Shown here: positions 61,245 through 64,000 of the stretch, piece by piece
Numbering within the stretch: the stretch's first letter is position 1
Layout of the letters: every line of letters starts with the position of its first letter
DNA from: an uncultured virus (IMG/VR IMGVR_UViG_3300002835_000040)
Lineage: Duplodnaviria > Heunggongvirae > Uroviricota > Caudoviricetes
Strand: one strand, 5' to 3'
Length of the DNA: 64,000 bases
IMG/VR virus record: IMGVR_UViG_3300002835_000040
Notes under the pieces: model-generated
Database searches by the model: none
The model's input: the letters and a program-made list of their open reading frames with translations, nothing else
What the model was told of the DNA's origin: nothing
Translations under genes and position numbers: made by a program

Positions 61245-62060
61245 TTAATAGTTTTGCTTTTTACCACCATGTGTTGATATTGTTTGAATAATATTTTCTG
61301 GGTCTTTTGATAATTCATCTTTAACTTTTTCTAGATTTCTTAAATCATCATCTGAAAATCCTATTTTAGGAATAAAATTATTACTAATATCATCTTTAAA
61401 CATTACTGGTTTTTTAAGTATATTTGCTAAATATTTTACATATTGTTGAAACTCTCTTAAAGCATCTACCTTTCCTTTTTCGGGACTTTGAGCGGAACCG
61501 TCTCCAAATGTTACAGGATAATACTTATTCATATCCATATAAGCATTTATAAGTTCTTTATCTTTCATATCTTCCTCACCCGCAAACTTTCTAAACTTTC
61601 TTAAATTTTTAACCAATTCTTTTTTAGATATTCCTCTAAAATTAGTTTCAATCATATTTTCGATAGCTCTACGTAAAGCCAATGGTGAATGTCCTCTTGC
61701 GGTAACAATTGAAAAGATTGAACCCCCATTAACCGCTTCAACAAAGTCTCCCCAAGCTGGTCCTTCTTTTGCCATCATCGCGTCGATAATGAACCTCTTA
61801 TCCCCCTTGGTTCCAAAATTTCTGAACGGGTCGTCAGCAAATCCAACAACTGTTTTCTTTTTATATTCAAAAGGTTCAACTCCAACTTTCACACGATATT
61901 CCGCAAAGTCTTCTGTTGACATACCAACTTCTTCACCATCTTCAGTACGAAGTATTATTTGTGTTGGCATTGTAAGAATATTATCATCCCAGTCAAAAGC
62001 ATAATACTTTAAATCGGGTGTAATTTCTTCTTCAAATTTTTCTACTAAAAACATTTTCAT
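61245..62060 (-). CDS. HAD-superfamily phosphatase-like protein
   Basis: YAFDWDDNI (motif I), IVTARGH (motif II), EKGK (motif III), GFSDDDLRN (motif IV). Confidence 0.75.
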   Translation of the reverse strand: MKMFLVEKFEEEITPDLKYYAFDWDDNILTMPTQIILRTEDGEEVGMSTEDFAEYRVKVGVEPFEYKKKTVVGFADDPFRNFGTKGDKRFIIDAMMAKEGPAWGDFVEAVNGGSIFSIVTARGHSPLALRRAIENMIETNFRGISKKELVKNLRKFRKFAGEEDMKDKELINAYMDMNKYYPVTFGDGSAQSPEKGKVDALREFQQYVKYLANILKKPVMFKDDISNNFIPKIGFSDDDLRNLEKVKDELSKDPENIIQTISTHGGKKQNY

Positions 62061-62081
62061 ATCTATAAATATTATGTAAAT

Positions 62082-62112
62082 AAAAAACCCCCACTTTCGT
62101 GAGGGTCTTTTT
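62082..62112 (-). terminator. Rho-independent terminator after tail sheath gene
   Basis: Minus strand GACCCTCAC-GAAA-GTGGGGGT-TTTTT, with the same CAC-GAAA-GTG core as the tube terminator. Confidence 0.75.
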
Positions 62113-62125
62113 AAATTTAAGTTAA

Positions 62126-64000
62126 TTAGATGTCTTCAAAAGACGCTCCTGTTGGTGTAATTAAGAACTCAATATCAATGAACTCTAATGCTTTAGTTGG
62201 TTTGATATAAATCTTACCTACTAATTGGTTAGCATCTAAGTCTTCAGGAGTATTTTGTACTGTTACACGGAAGTCATATAAACCTCTGTCTCTTCTAATA
62301 GCATCTAAGATTGGATTAACAGAGTCAAGGAATTGTTGTCTAACTGTATTATCATTTTGTTCAAACAACAATCTGATAGCCACCGCAGAAATCAATTTAC
62401 GAGCTTGTAATAACAATCTTCTAACGTTAATTCTGTCTAATGCTGATTCAGCAATTTGAAGAGTTTTGTTACCCCAAATGACAGTTCCAACGTCGTTGAA
62501 AGTTGCGATTGGGTTAATTCTTCCTTTGTAAAGAGTGTCTCTATCTTCTTGAGTTAATCTCTTTCTAGCTCTAACCGCATTTACAATACCTCTTGTGTAA
62601 CCCGCAGTTGCAAACCATGGGAACGCTATGTTATCAGTTAACGCTAAGTTTCTTGTAACTTCAGCAGTTGCTGGAATATAGATTTGAGTGTTATTTACTG
62701 TATCACGAGTAAGAACCCATGGATAGTAAGTTGCTGTGTAGTTAGAGTCAATTCCTGTTTGTTCTAAACTATCAACCGCTTCTTGTGGGTAAATTAAATT
62801 ATCCATCGAAGTTGAGTTTTGTAATAGGTTAAAGTCAGGAGTTGTACAAACATAGATTGAATCCGCTCTTTCGTTTGTAATCATATCAATTGCAGATTCA
62901 ACTAATCCACTATTATTAACATAATCAACACCAGGTGTTACAAGAACATTGATGTTTGTTACCTCAGGATTAGCAAAAGTTCTAATACCTAACAAGTATG
63001 CGTAATAGTCGGTGTTTGCGTAATCAATTGTGCCGTCTTCAATAGTGATAATTTTAAATGAACCCCATCCTGTTGATGTTGGATATGGTGCTTGTGGACA
63101 AAAACCAGCTCTAAATTTAGTCTGCCCAAGAGCGTAAGAATCATCATTTGTTCTTCTTTCATCGTAGATATCCCATCCGTCAAAACCACCTTGTACTAAG
63201 AAACTAAACTTTCTTGAGTATAGGAAGTAATATGGATTAGTTGAATCTGTTGGTTCAGAACTAAATGAACCATCACCAACTTCAAATTGTGTAACACCAC
63301 TTACCGTTACAACAGTTGCCCCACTATCCATGTGGAAACCTTTTGTTGTGTTTGGCCAGTTGTTGTAACTACCTTCTTCACACAAATCACCAACAGGTCT
63401 TTGTTTTCCTTTATAGTCGAAGAAATCTGCGTCAACACCTACTGAAGATGAAATACCTAAATAAGTTCTTCTTTTATTATCACCAGGACTAGTTACTGCA
63501 TTATCACCACCTGTAGAACTACCAAATGGAGGATTCGCAATTACTTCACCAGGGATTGCATAGTGTGTTTTATAGACAGGGAAAGGAGATGTACCATTAG
63601 TATAACTTCTTGTTATAAAACCTTCAAATCCACAAGGAAGAGCGTCTAACGGAGCTTCTTCATTCATTTCTAACATAATATATTTAGAAAGAATTGCGTA
63701 TTCACCGTCGATAGAACCTACCTTCTTAGCCACAAAACTGTTATTTGTAGCATCTAATGTACAATTAGTGAATTTCTCAATAACTGATGGGTTAGCATCT
63801 GTATCATAGAAATCTCTAACTATCAAGTCAAATGTTCCATTGTTAAATGAGATATTTGCAATAGAAACCTTAACTTCTCTGTTTGCGGCATTTCCATCAG
63901 GAATGGTATAAACACGGAATAATTTATAAACTAAATTACCTCTAAGTTCAGAAACAACCCAAGGAGATGAAGGTGTTTGGTATCTCTCTAAATAGAAACC
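62126..64000 (-). CDS. Contractile tail sheath protein (T4 gp18-like), 5' partial
   Basis: TYYPWV, PWFATAGYTRG, RDTLYKGRINPI, IWGNKTL, LDRINVRRLL, LFEQND, IKPTKALEFIDIEF. The frame stays open from the track start (63826) to the window edge (GFYLERYQTP...). Confidence 0.95.
   Translation of the reverse strand, partial: GFYLERYQTPSSPWVVSELRGNLVYKLFRVYTIPDGNAANREVKVSIANISFNNGTFDLIVRDFYDTDANPSVIEKFTNCTLDATNNSFVAKKVGSIDGEYAILSKYIMLEMNEEAPLDALPCGFEGFITRSYTNGTSPFPVYKTHYAIPGEVIANPPFGSSTGGDNAVTSPGDNKRRTYLGISSSVGVDADFFDYKGKQRPVGDLCEEGSYNNWPNTTKGFHMDSGATVVTVSGVTQFEVGDGSFSSEPTDSTNPYYFLYSRKFSFLVQGGFDGWDIYDERRTNDDSYALGQTKFRAGFCPQAPYPTSTGWGSFKIITIEDGTIDYANTDYYAYLLGIRTFANPEVTNINVLVTPGVDYVNNSGLVESAIDMITNERADSIYVCTTPDFNLLQNSTSMDNLIYPQEAVDSLEQTGIDSNYTATYYPWVLTRDTVNNTQIYIPATAEVTRNLALTDNIAFPWFATAGYTRGIVNAVRARKRLTQEDRDTLYKGRINPIATFNDVGTVIWGNKTLQIAESALDRINVRRLLLQARKLISAVAIRLLFEQNDNTVRQQFLDSVNPILDAIRRDRGLYDFRVTVQNTPEDLDANQLVGKIYIKPTKALEFIDIEFLITPTGASFEDI

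Noticed and set aside
9174..63189. Short plus-strand and nested ORFs in the track (60-110 aa)
   Set aside because: They lie within or opposite longer well-supported genes and show no recognisable motifs.
1..64000. Alternative genetic code (stop-codon reassignment), as in some large phages
   Set aside because: Conserved genes (nrdA, nrdB, helicase, sheath, gp6) are full length under the standard code and genes tile tightly.
34854..64000. Bacterial contractile injection system/tailocin, or a eukaryotic giant virus (given the GT60 and eukaryote-like RNR)
   Set aside because: Sheath, tube and baseplate genes are interleaved with phage-type SSB, recombinase, helicase and RNR. This fits a tailed jumbo phage, not an eCIS locus or an NCLDV.
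1..64000. tRNA or other structured ncRNA genes
   Set aside because: Intergenic gaps are mostly under 120 nt and AT-rich. No cloverleaf was recognised by eye, but a tRNAscan/Infernal run would be needed to exclude them formally.

Overview
This 64 kb, AT-rich window is a fragment of a large (jumbo-type) contractile-tailed dsDNA phage. Every convincing gene lies on the minus strand. Reading in the direction of transcription (right to left): tail sheath (runs off the right edge), a HAD-fold protein, tail tube, tail/baseplate assembly chaperone with a hidden +1-frame extension, tape measure, tube-initiator/LysM/hub baseplate genes, an inserted replication block (gp32-like SSB, RecA/UvsX, 5'-3' exonuclease, DnaB/gp41 helicase, nrdB, nrdA), gp25- and gp6-like wedge genes, several large virion proteins, then an accessory fibre/adhesin region. 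That region holds an SprB-repeat protein, LamG- and PA14-domain lectins, three Thr-Pro mucin-like linkers and two paralogous (Gly-Ser/Thr-Ser)n collagen-like proteins. One of these is a >2300-aa ORF missing from the ORF track (ATG at 6932, running off the left edge). Between the fibre genes sits a translationally coupled four-gene glycosyltransferase cluster led by a GT60-like polypeptide O-GlcNAc transferase. The best candidate for a novel system is a phage-encoded protein O-glycosylation pathway for its own Ser/Thr-rich virion fibres. A Bacteroidota host is inferred, not shown. All family calls come from motif recognition by eye; no database searches were run.
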